Below are positions 1 through 10,979 of a stretch of DNA of 64,000 nucleotides, piece by piece; position 1 is the stretch's first letter; every line of letters begins with the position of its first letter. The position numbers were made by a program, and so were the translations under genes. The notes beneath the pieces were generated by a model. The model was not told the origin of the DNA, ran no database searches, and worked only from the letters and a program-made list of their open reading frames with translations. The stretch comes from Vezdaea acicularis (Eukaryota), in the NCBI GenBank assembly GCA_026025075.1, contig JAPEUI010000021.1, positions 124,001 to 188,000 of the forward strand. Direction: 5' to 3'.

Positions 1-716
1 AGCACGAGATACCCAGGAGCCATGAGGTATGTGTGAAGCGTTATCAAAGCAATGAAGAGTCTATAAGACAACTAGACGCAAAATATGGGTCATTAGTATC
101 TATGATACAAGGTCTGGGAGCTAAGCACCAGCCGATGTTGCCCGCTGAAAGGGACGAGACAGATCCTACTCACCAAGACGGCAACAAGGCAAATGAACGG
201 GTTGAGAAATGGGCGGAGGATGTCAGCGCTAGTTCGAAAGCTGATATGCCGGCGGAATCTGTGGCGGACGAAGAACGAGAGAGCCGCTTCGAACGACCAT
301 TGAAGGAAATTCGAGTCGGCGAATCGCCGAGTCGGCCGTGGGGGATCTCTGTTCCGCTCTCACCCACACCTAAACTTGCACCTTCGCTACCTGATGAGCA
401 CTTCAAGCTGGATAAAGAACCCTCGGTCATCAAAGCAAGGCAGGCGCTTTCCGAAAAACCAAAACGATGTCCATTTCCTCACGATGCCGTTCCACTACCT
501 AAACGAGACGATTCAAATAAAGATCATCACGAGCAAAAGGTTCCAGGAGTGGAGTTCGGCCACAGTGCAGCCTTCATTCGGCAAAGCGGGACTGAGGGAC
601 AGTCTAGCCAGCAACCCAAAGGTATGGTGTTTACCGGACCTGTCTTCATTGGCTATCCTATAGAGCAGGCAATAGCTTTGGCAGATAGGTTTGTTGGACG
701 TAAAGATGCTGGATGA
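1..716 (+). CDS. Conserved fungal hypothetical protein, 3' part (5' end outside window)
   Basis: Frame is open from the window edge (HEIPRSHEVCVKRYQSNEESIRQLDAKYGSLVSMIQGLGAKHQPML...) to TGA at 714-716. The C-terminal MVFTGPVFIGYPIEQA motif is recalled from uncharacterised Pezizomycotina proteins. Confidence 0.75.
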   Translation, partial: HEIPRSHEVCVKRYQSNEESIRQLDAKYGSLVSMIQGLGAKHQPMLPAERDETDPTHQDGNKANERVEKWAEDVSASSKADMPAESVADEERESRFERPLKEIRVGESPSRPWGISVPLSPTPKLAPSLPDEHFKLDKEPSVIKARQALSEKPKRCPFPHDAVPLPKRDDSNKDHHEQKVPGVEFGHSAAFIRQSGTEGQSSQQPKGMVFTGPVFIGYPIEQAIALADRFVGRKDAG

Positions 717-1222
717 AAATCAAGGGCACAGCCAATCGGAATGATTATCAATGAGCGAATCTTCAGAGTCAGGTTTCCATATTAACAAAGAGCAAGAAAT
801 CAGAAACAGGGACAGGACCATAGAAGAGCTATGCAGGATGGAGAGGACATGTCTTAGACACATCCCTTCGAGCAGTATCTCGGCTACTCCATGATGAGTC
901 CCTTTCAGCTGGATATTTAACAGCTACTAGGCTTCGATACCCAAGGGAATGCGGGATGGGGGAGCCATAATTTCCGAGGTCCAGTAGATAGGAGATTGAA
1001 TAGGATTTCAAGTAGTGTAAGACCTTGCCTCGTGCGACCTCTTGGAAAACCAGGTGGCATGTTTCTATACTTCCATAAGCCGATAAAATCATAGGCTACA
1101 GTAGCAGGTAGACGATAAGTCTTCCCCTTCGGCAGAAATATGACCATGTAATCCGCAGCGATATTGTGCAGACACCTGAATCACTTCCCCCTTCCACCTT
1201 TCCCTCCACGGGTGCGTGTCTC

Positions 1223-1722
1223 TCACAGCAGAGCCACGCACTCAATCTCCACCGGCACCCCCTTTGGCAACTGCCTAACAGCAACGCAGCTCCTCGCCGG
1301 CTTATGCGTGAAGAACGCCTCATACACCCCATTCATAGCCTCAAAGGAATCCATATCCGTCAAGAACACGTTAACCTTCACCACTCGATTCAGATGCGTC
1401 CCCGCAGCTTCAAGTATATTCTTGATATTATGGATACATGTCGCCGTTTTGAATACGATGTCCCCTTCGACGAGCTTCCCGGACGCGTCGGCAGGGATCT
1501 GGCCGGAGACGAAGACTTGGTTGTTGGCTATGATGGCTTGGGACTGGATGTTTGTGGTCTTGTCAGGTCGTGCTTTCTAGACAAAAGCTTGGCTAGGGAG
1601 TTGTGAAGGGTACCTACGTAGGGTCCGGCGGCTGAGAGAGGTTAGTAGGGAGTGCAATTGCGGTCTTGGGAGGCCTTACGTGGGCATGCATCTGGTGTGA
1701 AGACGGTCTTGATGTCGGCCAT
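1223..1722 (-). CDS. MMF1: RidA/YjgF/YER057c/UK114 family 2-iminoacid deaminase (Mmf1/Hmf1-like)
   Basis: Exons 1722-1680, 1631-1618 (14 nt) and 1543-1223 give MADIKTVFTPDACPPAGPYSQAIIANNQVFVSGQIPADASG...VVKVNVFLTDMDSFEAMNGVYEAFFTHKPARSCVAVRQLPKGVPVEIECVALL*. It has the canonical GPYSQA, SGQI, PARSCV and VEIE motifs. Possible upstream in-frame ATG at 1833. Confidence 0.95.
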
Positions 1723-2235
1723 TGCACGAGCCTTGAATTTTCCTGAGTACGTAAACCCTTTTCGTGTCGGAGCGGGAAGCAAAGCTGTCCTTATTCGTCG
1801 CTGGAGAAATGTCCCACTACGGCGTACAATCATGGATGGCTTTTTTGGGATGGGCAAAAGATCGTCGTCGGCACGTTCACTTTTCGGGCCCGGTCCCTGG
1901 CGCCGGAGACTTGCCCCACTTGGCCGCCCCAGTCTCGGCCCCCACCTTCGCCAAGACTTTCTTTGGGGTGAGGGGGGAATTTTTTGCGATGCATCTGATA
2001 CTCAAGTTCCGTGATTGAAGCAAATAATTATCGTTTCGCTAATCTAATGAAACTCAAGGAAACCCCTTTCCCCTTTCCTGGCGAATTCCGATTCCATGCC
2101 TCCAATTACTGTATCATGAGAAGAAAACCGCATTGCGCCGTACCTGTCCTTCTATCTATCCGTAAAAAGCCCTTCAACGGGAAGTCCATGGTGTCCCCAA
2201 ACGCCTGCCTATCCTGCATTAGTAAAGTTGAAAAC

Positions 2236-2958
2236 TCATGTGGTTGCCTTTTCTTCCTGTCCGGTAAGTAGTGCGTAGACGGGTGCATCGAGTTTGTCTT
2301 TGCCTTTAAGGAATTCGAGTTCAAGGAGGAAAAGATATTCGACGACAATTGCGCCGAGCTGCCTAACCAGAGAACCTGCAGCAACAGCAGTACCACCTAA
2401 AGATATGCGAGTTAGCTGATGAGATTTTGATGGTTGTTGATGATTCTAACCTGTTGCAATGATGTCATCAACAATTAAAACCTTTTGCCCCGGTTTGATA
2501 GCGTCCTTCTGCATCTGAAATATATCTACACCGTATTCTTTCTCGTACTCGGCCTCGACCGTTCCGCCGGGAAGCTTCCCCTTCTTTCTCGCTGGCACAA
2601 AGCCCGCTCCAAGTCTCAACGCAAGACTTGGGCCGAAGAGAAATCCTCGAGCTTCTAGGCCAACAACGACGTCGGGCTTGTGATTGGAGGTAAGGACGTG
2701 TAGCTCGAGAGCGCGGATAAGGGCGGCGTGAGAGTGGGGGGAGGCAAAGATGGGCAAGATATCTTCAAACAGAATGCCGGGGGAAGGAAAATCGGGATAC
2801 TGGCGCAGTGCGTGCCTGAGGCTTATCTTAAGACTGGCGAGTTCGGCGGTGGTGGAGGAATGGGTGGAGGAGAGTCCCGCGGTGAGTTTGGCATGTTCGA
2901 TGGGTGCTGCTGAGGTCTGATGTTGCTCTGTGGAAGTCCGTTGGGCTGCGTCGGTCAT
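2236..2958 (-). CDS. APT1: Adenine phosphoribosyltransferase
   Basis: Exons 2958-2451 and 2396-2236; intron 2450-2397 (GTTAGA...CTAAC...TAG). Motifs [31 protein letters not shown] and the PRPP-binding [13 protein letters not shown]. Confidence 0.97.
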
Positions 2959-3349
2959 GATGAAGAAAGAAAGAAAGGAAGCAGGAGAGAGGGAGCAGCG
3001 AGCGGCGGCGGCGATGGATTAATACATCCTGCTCTCGGGCAGTTCCCTTGGGGTTGTGTCGTGTTCTCCCACGAGTCGAAACTTTTTTTCCCGAGCATTG
3101 TTGGCCTCCTTGGGATCTGACTTGGGCCTTGCACGGCACTAGGGAGCTCCGACCAGTATCGTCCAAGACACCGACCATCCGCCGGCCAAACACCGACCAC
3201 AAGTTACGACAAAGCACCTCCACAGACGCCATAGACAGGGAAAGAAAAGGAAAGCTACCTGCAGCGGGTGGCCAATCAGCCCACCGGCATGTCCCCCTAC
3301 CGCTCATGAATGGCGCAAATGGGCTCAGCGATCAAGCCGTGGCCGGCCC

Positions 3350-5150
3350 TTCCATCTTCCCCGGCCGTCACCGCCATCCACCGCTCCATCCCACCGCCAT
3401 CATCGACGAGTCACTACCCGTCTCTACATCCTCATCCCGCCGGCATCGACGGTTTTCCTTCTTCAATCTCTCCTTCACCGATTTGCTTTCGCCATCGCAG
3501 TGGCTGGCCTCTCGCATGCTGCGTGCAGCTGTCCATCGACTCGGCGCCCTTGGATGCAGCCCAGTGTGATAAGCTACCTGCGCCTTCGCCGTCATTCTTC
3601 CACCCCACCATCTCTCAAATGCCGCGTTGCCTCCGGATACACTGACAGGAATACAACGACTGACTGTGTGCCAGGCTAGGCGATTGCATTTTCCAATAGT
3701 GCGAGCGAAAGTCCCGCGGTTCAAGGCGTCTGCCCTACCTCCCCTCATCTCTCATCTACTATCTTTCAATCCCAAAAATAACTCTCAGCCACAGTTCCAC
3801 TTTAAAGTCGAGTCATCGAGGGATGGTTCAGCACGGTGCGCGGCATGCCCCTCCCCCCCACACCCTATCGATTCTAAGTCAGGATAATGGATCCGATACA
3901 CTGTCCATGTTGTATGCTACTTCCAGAAAAGTCTGCGGAAAGCCACCCGCATTGCCGCCCACACGTTTCCTAAAGTTCGACGGCGCATTTCTGGGGGTGC
4001 AGCGATCGACGATGGCCCTGTCCCATGCTTCGATCATTCCGGATCCACGCCTTACGCACGCGTCGCCTCCCTCGGACTGCACTTCTCCTGCGAATGCAAT
4101 TACAAGCTTAAACTCAATATCTATTTTGGACACGGACTTTATTGGGCTGGACTGTGCTTTTGGCCGCCACGTCGATCCGATTGAAGCCGGCTGATCGCTG
4201 ACTCACGTTTGCAGGCTCATGCTGCGCTCCGCTTTGTCGGCGCAAAAGACAATGGGTGGCTAGCCGTCCGAAGAGAGAGCGTGGCATCTGGTGGTTAGCT
4301 CTCCCTCTCGTCTTTCTGGCGAAAGGGCTGATGTGAGGTCGTACAAGCAGGATCCCAACGGCGTTGTATGTTTTCGGGCCGTTTCTGTACACGTACTCTT
4401 CTTGCACCGGACCTAGTTCCGCTCAGGACGGTACAACCCAGATCCCGCGTCCGCTCCCTTCCCTGCCGCCAGGCGCGGGTACCTGCATTTAGGCAAGCCC
4501 TTTCCCCTGATGGCTAGTGGGCCTAAACCCCCACGTTCTACAGGTGGCCTGATGATCATAAGATCTAACGGCTAGAGACAGAAGTTCTAGGCTTTTACAT
4601 CGGTAGTGCCCACCCCACTTTCTGGGGAAGTGGCACGGCATTGAACATAAGGCAACGATCCTATAAACCTCCCTAGTCAGACGGCCTCGGTCCATGTTTA
4701 ATGGCTTCGTTGGGCATGCCCTTCTGGCTAAGGCGGCCCGCTCTGCCTCGGTCCGTCTATCCGTGGATTATGGCGATCATGCAATGCAAGATCCTAGCTT
4801 TTGTTTACTGATATCAAGCCGTGGTCCCTTTGCACATTGTATCTGATTTCTGGAGCCTGGCTACATTTACGACATGCAATCGAGCCGTGGTTAGACTAGA
4901 TCGACCCTTGTTCGATCTGTCCTTTCTCGCATATTGTACTCATGCGAGGGCTCTGTGGAGATCATGTAGTCAGTGTGCCTGCATTATCTCACTGCCGATG
5001 TGCTTATACACTTTACCTCCATCTAAAGATGTTATCATCGCGGCCTGTTCGAAGGCATAGGGTAGTGGATCATTCACCATGAACCCGATTTCCTACTTGG
5101 TGTTAGGTAGGGACTTCTAGATGTACGCATAGTATATCTATAATAATAGA
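3350..5150 (+). ncRNA. Candidate large structured non-coding RNA (identity unknown; boundaries and strand approximate)
   Basis: No credible ORF. Pyrimidine-rich leader-like start, several mutually compatible long-range helices and local hairpins, and AATAAA near 5150. See findings. Confidence 0.3.
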
Positions 5151-6495
5151 ATAAATCGTCGTAGGATAGGCAAAGCTTTGGATTCAATTGGATAATGTCG
5201 ATTTTGGCCCCTTGTCTCATTACTACCAATATCAACAATGCTAGTCCCCTAGCAATCTGCGTTTCAAGAAGTCAAGGCTTTCTTTCAAGCCCGTTCCTTG
5301 AAAGAGTCCCTGCAGCATCGAGTATCAGCCAATGGGCAAAAGTATAATTGATTAGGGCGAGCTCCTGACTGTGGGTTGGAGTCTTTTTATGCAGAGCACT
5401 TGTTGGCTCTGCATTTTTTTCAAAGACGTCAAAACCTTTACACCTGGTTCCATTTGCTGCGTAAATCTCGGTTGAGACTCCCCTCGAACACTACCGTTGT
5501 TTAACCATGAAGCATATGAATTGGCAAAGCGGGTGTCATCATGCTTATCCACCTATCCTATCACAAAGGCTTCCGTACTTCAGGCCCAATAAAGCAGATC
5601 CGTACGAAGCAAATTTGATTGGAGTACCCTGGCATCTCAGCATGGGAAGTGCCTTTCAGCAGCGACCAGGTCGCTACGCTTCAATCTGAGCTTACACAAG
5701 GCAATCAATACCGTAATTCGGTAATGTGCCTAATACTCCATAACACAAGATCGCCAGTCGTCTCACACAAGGTTCTAATTGTATCACCGTTTTGGTTCGT
5801 ATATCGGGGTGCCACGTCGGACCGTATGCACCAGATAAGATACAGAGGGCAACGTAAAGGAAGCGGGGTCCACCCTTACTCTAACCCCGCTTTCCTTCGA
5901 TCCAGTGAGACGGCTCAGGAATGGCAATCGCGATGTGCTTCTGCCCGATGATGTAGGGCCGGTATCCGAGATCCACAAGATGAAGCCGTTGAAGAAAACG
6001 GGTCAGAGAGGAGAAAGGGAAGGGGGCGGGTGGCGGACGGGCTGGGTGCGGTCCTACCAACGGTTGGGATCGGTTTAGTACACTTCACTATGCAGATCAA
6101 TGAGCCTCTTAACTTTCCTGCCTCCAAGGCCAGGCTCCTCGATCAGCGGCTCATTGGTAGACGCTGGTGACTATCATCGGGTAACTAGATCCATTTACAA
6201 TGATCTCTCAGGCAGGAAGACACGTGACGTCATTGTCTGTCACCAGTGCCTATCCCCTTGGAAAGCCCAATAAGCCTTCCTTAGACAGACAATACAATTC
6301 CTCAGACCCTAATCCAAGACGTAGAAATAAGCATGCTCACCACGGCTGGTGGTGTCTAATCACGACTTCCCTCCCCCGGAATCTCCCGCATCTCGCAATC
6401 GCCGCCCCTCCACCCCTCACCAAGGCGCCGAAGCCGAGAGAGAACCCGTCGATCCCCTCTGCAATCCACGTTTCCCAATTCGCCCAGAGACTTCT

Positions 6496-6511
6496 CGGCC
6501 GTCCCAATCCG
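6496..6511 (+). promoter_or_regulatory. CGG-N10-CCG Put3-type Zn2Cys6 site upstream of proline dehydrogenase; GATA sites nearby (6613-6618, 6659-6664)
   Basis: CGGCCGTCCCAATCCG about 440 bp upstream of the PUT1 ATG matches the CGG-N10-CCG spacing known for yeast Put3. Confidence 0.45.
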
Positions 6512-6952
6512 TCACTCACAAGGTCCGTGCCAGCTTTTCAGCTCATCATCTATTCGGGCGCGGTTGGTTGGCATTGGGGCTTCGAAGGGGGGCTCTCTTT
6601 CGTCATGGTCCGCTTATCGGCCGCTTCGGCTAAGCGCGGCTTTGGGGCGTGGGGAGAGGATAACATCAAGATTCCAGCCTTTGAGGAGAGGGGAGGGGAG
6701 GGGAAGAGGCGAGGCTGGCATTGATATAGATGGGGTGAGGCTGGCCTCAGGATGGGGTGGGTTTTTTTGGGGTGGTAGGACAAGAAACATTTAATGCGTT
6801 TCAGTTAATTGCTTTTCGAAGACCCTGGATATTTTTGTTTTTTGGGAGATCTGGGGATCTTGAAGCTTAAGCTTTAGCTGCAGCTGGGTTGCTTTAAGAG
6901 GCTTGGAAGGCTAGTTGTGGTTTCTTTGGGACATAAAGACCATTCTTCAGAC

Positions 6953-8516
6953 ATGATACAGGTGTGCGCGCAGCGGCCCTTGTGGGCTGCTGTTGAGTGT
7001 TCTGGACATGCTGGCTATTCAAGATGTGGATGTGGTGTTGGGATACGCCACCTTCATTCACTGCGCAAGCAGTCAACATATACGCCAGCTCACCCCTTTG
7101 CACAAGCACCACCCAAAGAAGAGTATGAGACTGAAGGGCACATGGTCAGGGCCCCGAAGATGCCGTCCTCTCTATCCCCTTTATCTATATTACCCCTTTC
7201 TTCGGTCCTGCGATCAATTGCTATCCTCTCGGTGTCATCCTCGAATGTGCTCCTTCGGCCGTCATTATATTTGATGGCGAAGGTTGCGAACGCTCAATCT
7301 GGACTTCTCAACACCGATAGTAATCCGGTACTTCGGTGGCTGGTGAAGCGGTCCTTGTACAAACAGTTCTGTGCTGGAGAAACGCCTAAAGAGGTCAGAG
7401 CTACTATGGACCAATTGAGGCAGATGGGGTATAAGGGCGTTATCTTGGGTTATGCGAAGGAGATTGTGTTGGACAAGAGTGCTGCTTCGGGATTAGGACG
7501 CCAGGAGGAAATGCTCGAAGCTTCAGAGAGGTCGATTGAGGAGATTGAATCATGGAGAAAGGGCACACTGGATACTGTGAAGCTGGCGGCGGAAGGAGAC
7601 TACGTGGCTTTGAAGTAAGATTCTTTTGGGGACAGGTAATGAGAGTTTAATGTACTGACTTGTGACTTCCAGATTTACTGGTGCTGGCATGCAGACCATA
7701 CAACTTTTGAAGAAGAGTCTACCACCATCTCCATCCTTAGAGCGCGCCATCAATGAAATTTGCGAACTGGCGACCACTAGGAACGTTCGATTGCTCTTTG
7801 ACGCCGAGCAGCAAGCTGTCCAACCTGGAATCGATGATTGGACGCTTGAATACATGCGAAGATATAACAATAGACAACCAGGCAAAGCTGTAGTCTACGG
7901 AACATATCAGGCGTACCTTAAAGTAACACCCAAAGTCTTGGCCGAGCACTTGTCATTTGCCCGACGAGAAGGTTTCACGCTGGGTGTGAAACTTGTGCGT
8001 GGCGCTTATCTAGCTACGGATCCGCGATATCTCATCAGCGACACGAAAGAAGATACAGACAGACAATACGACGGTATTGTAGCAAGCTTGATTGAGCAGA
8101 AGTACAACGCGGTCTTAACACCAAATGAAACAGAAAATGGTAACCATTTTCCCCCAGTAAATGTTGTATTGGCAAGCCATAATCAGGCGTCAATACGGAG
8201 AGCTCAAGAAATAAGAAGAGCGCAATCAGACCGGGGCGTCAAGAAGATTGACTTGGTGTATGCACAGCTAATGGGAATGGCCGATGAAGTCAGCTGTGAG
8301 CTCCTTCAAGCTGGAAGAGTTGAGGTAGAGAAGAAGGCCTCGGATATCCCAAAAGCATACAAGTATTTGGTATGGGGAACAACGGGAGAGTGTATGAAGT
8401 ATTTGCTCCGACGAGCAGAGGAGAACAGAGATGCAGTGGCGAGAACACGGCATGGTAGAGATGCCTTAGCCAAAGAGCTTTGGAGGAGGCTGCGCAATAT
8501 AGTCAGCTTGCTATGA
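6953..8516 (+). CDS. PUT1: Proline dehydrogenase (proline oxidase), mitochondrial
   Basis: Exons 6953-7614 and 7673-8516; intron GTAAGA...CTGAC...CAG. Motifs YKQFCAGE, LFDAEQ, TYQAYLK, GVKLVRGAY, LASHN, AQLMGMAD, KYLLRRAEEN. Confidence 0.95.
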
Positions 8517-8660
8517 GTCTCGTTTCAATTGAACGATGACCGGGTGCGGGGTGTCGTGAACACGATGTCACACCTTGTAACACCAAAGAAGGCGATAGGT
8601 GAAATCTCATGATGGATGGTTAGAATAATAATCAAAACGGTCAAGACGATCAGAACGCTG

Positions 8661-9253
8661 CTATTGAGGGACTGCTTTACGATGAATCGCGCGAACATGC
8701 TCCACCAATTGGTCTTGGTCATGGAAGCCATTTAACCCTTTCCGATGACAGTTTCGTTCCGGGCAGTCCTGAATGTCTCGGCCGTTGTGCTTGTCGTTGT
8801 AGTGAAACCGAAGTTCGTCCAGATGTCTGAACCCCCCATTTGTCCCACATCCCGGCTCAAGACAAACATATCGTGGATCCTCATCGGCACTTCTTATTGT
8901 TATATTGGATCTTTAAGTTTCAATTCGAATGGATGTCAAAGCTATGCATACCCTTGCTTGCACGTGATGGTGTACGGAAGTAATTCCGATGGCTCGCATC
9001 CGTCCTTCAGTTGATAGTAGGTATTTCCCGACGCTTCTACCACTATATCGTAATATCTTTTATCGCCGCAAACATGTTCACCTTGAGTATTGATATCAAT
9101 ATTTCCGTCTCTCATGGCGGCAAACTCTCTTGTACCATAGGTCAACTGCGCTGCACTTTCCAACCCCTGCGACGATGTGGCTGAGTCGTTCTTGCGCGAA
9201 GGCCTCAAGAGACTGACCTTAGCACTCTCTGCCGTATTTGCCTGGAAGGACAT
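8661..9253 (-). CDS. Small protein (~177 aa) with two C-terminal C2H2 zinc fingers
   Basis: Exon 1 is 9253-8952 (ORF-track 8942..9253), followed by a GTATGC donor at 8951 and an AAG acceptor at 8893 (or 8911, also in phase). Exon 2 reads SADEDPRYVCLEPGCGTNGGFRHLDELRFHYNDKHNGRDIQDCPERNCHRKGLNGFHDQDQLVEHVRAIHRKAVPQ*. Confidence 0.8.
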
Positions 9254-9635
9254 AATCCAAAACGGATTCTCGAGCTCTTCTCTAGAGTTTAGACCTAGTG
9301 GTCAGATGAACCCCTCTGAACGATGCAGGCCCGCGGATCCGGAGAGTGGCAATTCTGGCGTTCCTTCTGTTGGCTTTTGAATTTGTGTTGGTGCTCGTAG
9401 TTCTAGAATATGCTTGCTTTGTGGCTTAGAGCAAGACCTTCTTTACCAACGCTTCCTATGTGCCTCTTGTGTTCTATCTCTTGGCATCAAATATGTGTTG
9501 ATGCGAGTGGCTATAATATTTACTTGCTTCCAAGAATCAAGCAAGCTTCCTCTTCCCAACTCTTCCTCAATCCACACAAGAACTGCCTTCGCTTACTATC
9601 ACGAACTGTCACGAACGTCACTGCAAATTTCCACC

Positions 9636-10979
9636 ATGGCAACGAGTGGCAGTATTAGCGATGCTATGCCGCATATGGAAATTGCTCTGGTGGAGCTCAA
9701 TCACGTCGTCACTAATGTAAATCCCTCCTTTCTTCGCGCAGATTGCAAAAAACTCCTAACAAGATGTTGATAGTTACAAGTCACGGATCCTATTACTGCA
9801 ACAAAAATCACTGAATACACATACAAAATTCTGAGCGTATTCAGCGATGCTGTTGTTCGAGCAGAGAGTCTTGGGGTAAGATTTTCTGTTCCCCTCTGAT
9901 ATGTCTCGTTGGCTCACCAAACTTCCATTAAGCCTCAGCCCACTTCCGCCGCCTTATCTAGTCCTGGATTTGAGATCACCGAGCTTACGACCCAAATGTC
10001 GCAGCAGCAGCTCAACGATCAAGGTGAATACCGTGAAAGAAGTAGTTATGACCCTTCGTCACCAAGCGAGTATGGACAGCTTGGCCAGCCACTCTCAGCT
10101 CCTTGGCCAATTAGTGAGAATCGGCCATCTGCACCGGCTTCCCCCAGCAGATCTCTGGACACCACTCCAGGAAGCAAAGGGTCTTCTACAACCAATCCGT
10201 GGAACGGCAGCCGTCCATCATCCCGTACACTTACTGTCAGACGTCCAACCTGGGCAGCAATCGCCGCAGGAGAGAATAAAAAGAATCCAGACCCGGAACC
10301 TAATCCCAGTGCATCATTCGTGAAGTTTGCCCCATCTAGAATTGCCAAGGCGGACCATACCGCCGAGGGCCAGCACCACCAGTCCCGAGTGGTGTGGATC
10401 ACCCCATCTCCCGTGAAGCCGTACGATTATACGGCTATTACATCCGAGATCCAAGAAGGCCCCCTCGCCGGTATCATCTTCCTTGTGGAGCGCAAAGAAG
10501 TCTGCATCATCTTCAGAGACGTCGCCGATGCGCGTGCCTTTGTGACCAAGGAGCGGAAGCGGATATTCTCGGGCGAGTCTTCATATGGCCGCGAAACACA
10601 GCTCATCATTGGGGACCCTTATCCGACCAACGATAACATTCGTGCCATGGATGGCCCGATGGGAGCTCGGCGTCGCCTTGTCATTGTCCGCCGTGGTTTG
10701 TTCTACGACCTCACTCGCAACCAGTTCGAGCAGGACCTAAGGCGTTGGGCCGGAGCAGAGAATATCGAGCTCATCCATCTGTACAACTCCGGAAATGCGA
10801 CTGTGGTTCTATCGTCGGTGGAGAGGGCACATGTTGTAAAGAGTGCGATCGAAACTATGGCGAAGAAGGAGAATGCGTATAATGGCGTTAGGGTCACGTA
10901 TGCTCGCGATCCGACAGAGGAGCCCATGCGTCTGGTCTCCGTTATCCAGGGCGAGAGGGGAACCTGCTTCAGACCTTAG
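9636..10979 (+). CDS. Hypothetical protein with degenerate tandem RRM-like C-terminal region
   Basis: ccaccATGg start; exons 9636-9716, 9774-9875 and 9933-10979 join in frame. C-terminal SRVVWI...VCIIF...A.AF and RRLVI...NATVVLSSVE.A...Y.GVRVTYARDP resemble fungal RRM-like proteins. Confidence 0.8.

Noticed and set aside
1164..1606. Plus-strand 138-aa and 146-aa ORFs
   Set aside because: Antisense shadows of the RidA coding exon.
3700..4220. GAAAGTCCC / GAAAAGTCTG motifs suggesting RNase MRP or RNase P CR-I, with GCAGGCT as a P4 partner
   Set aside because: They do not match the fungal consensus (GGGAAATTCGGTG or GAAAAGTCCCC with GGGGCT) or the bulged-U P4 register; kept only as part of the unknown structured RNA candidate.
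8525..8731. 68-aa ORF with a hydrophobic TM-like stretch
   Set aside because: Alternative frame overlapping the zinc-finger exon and its 3'UTR; the C2H2 frame explains the region better.
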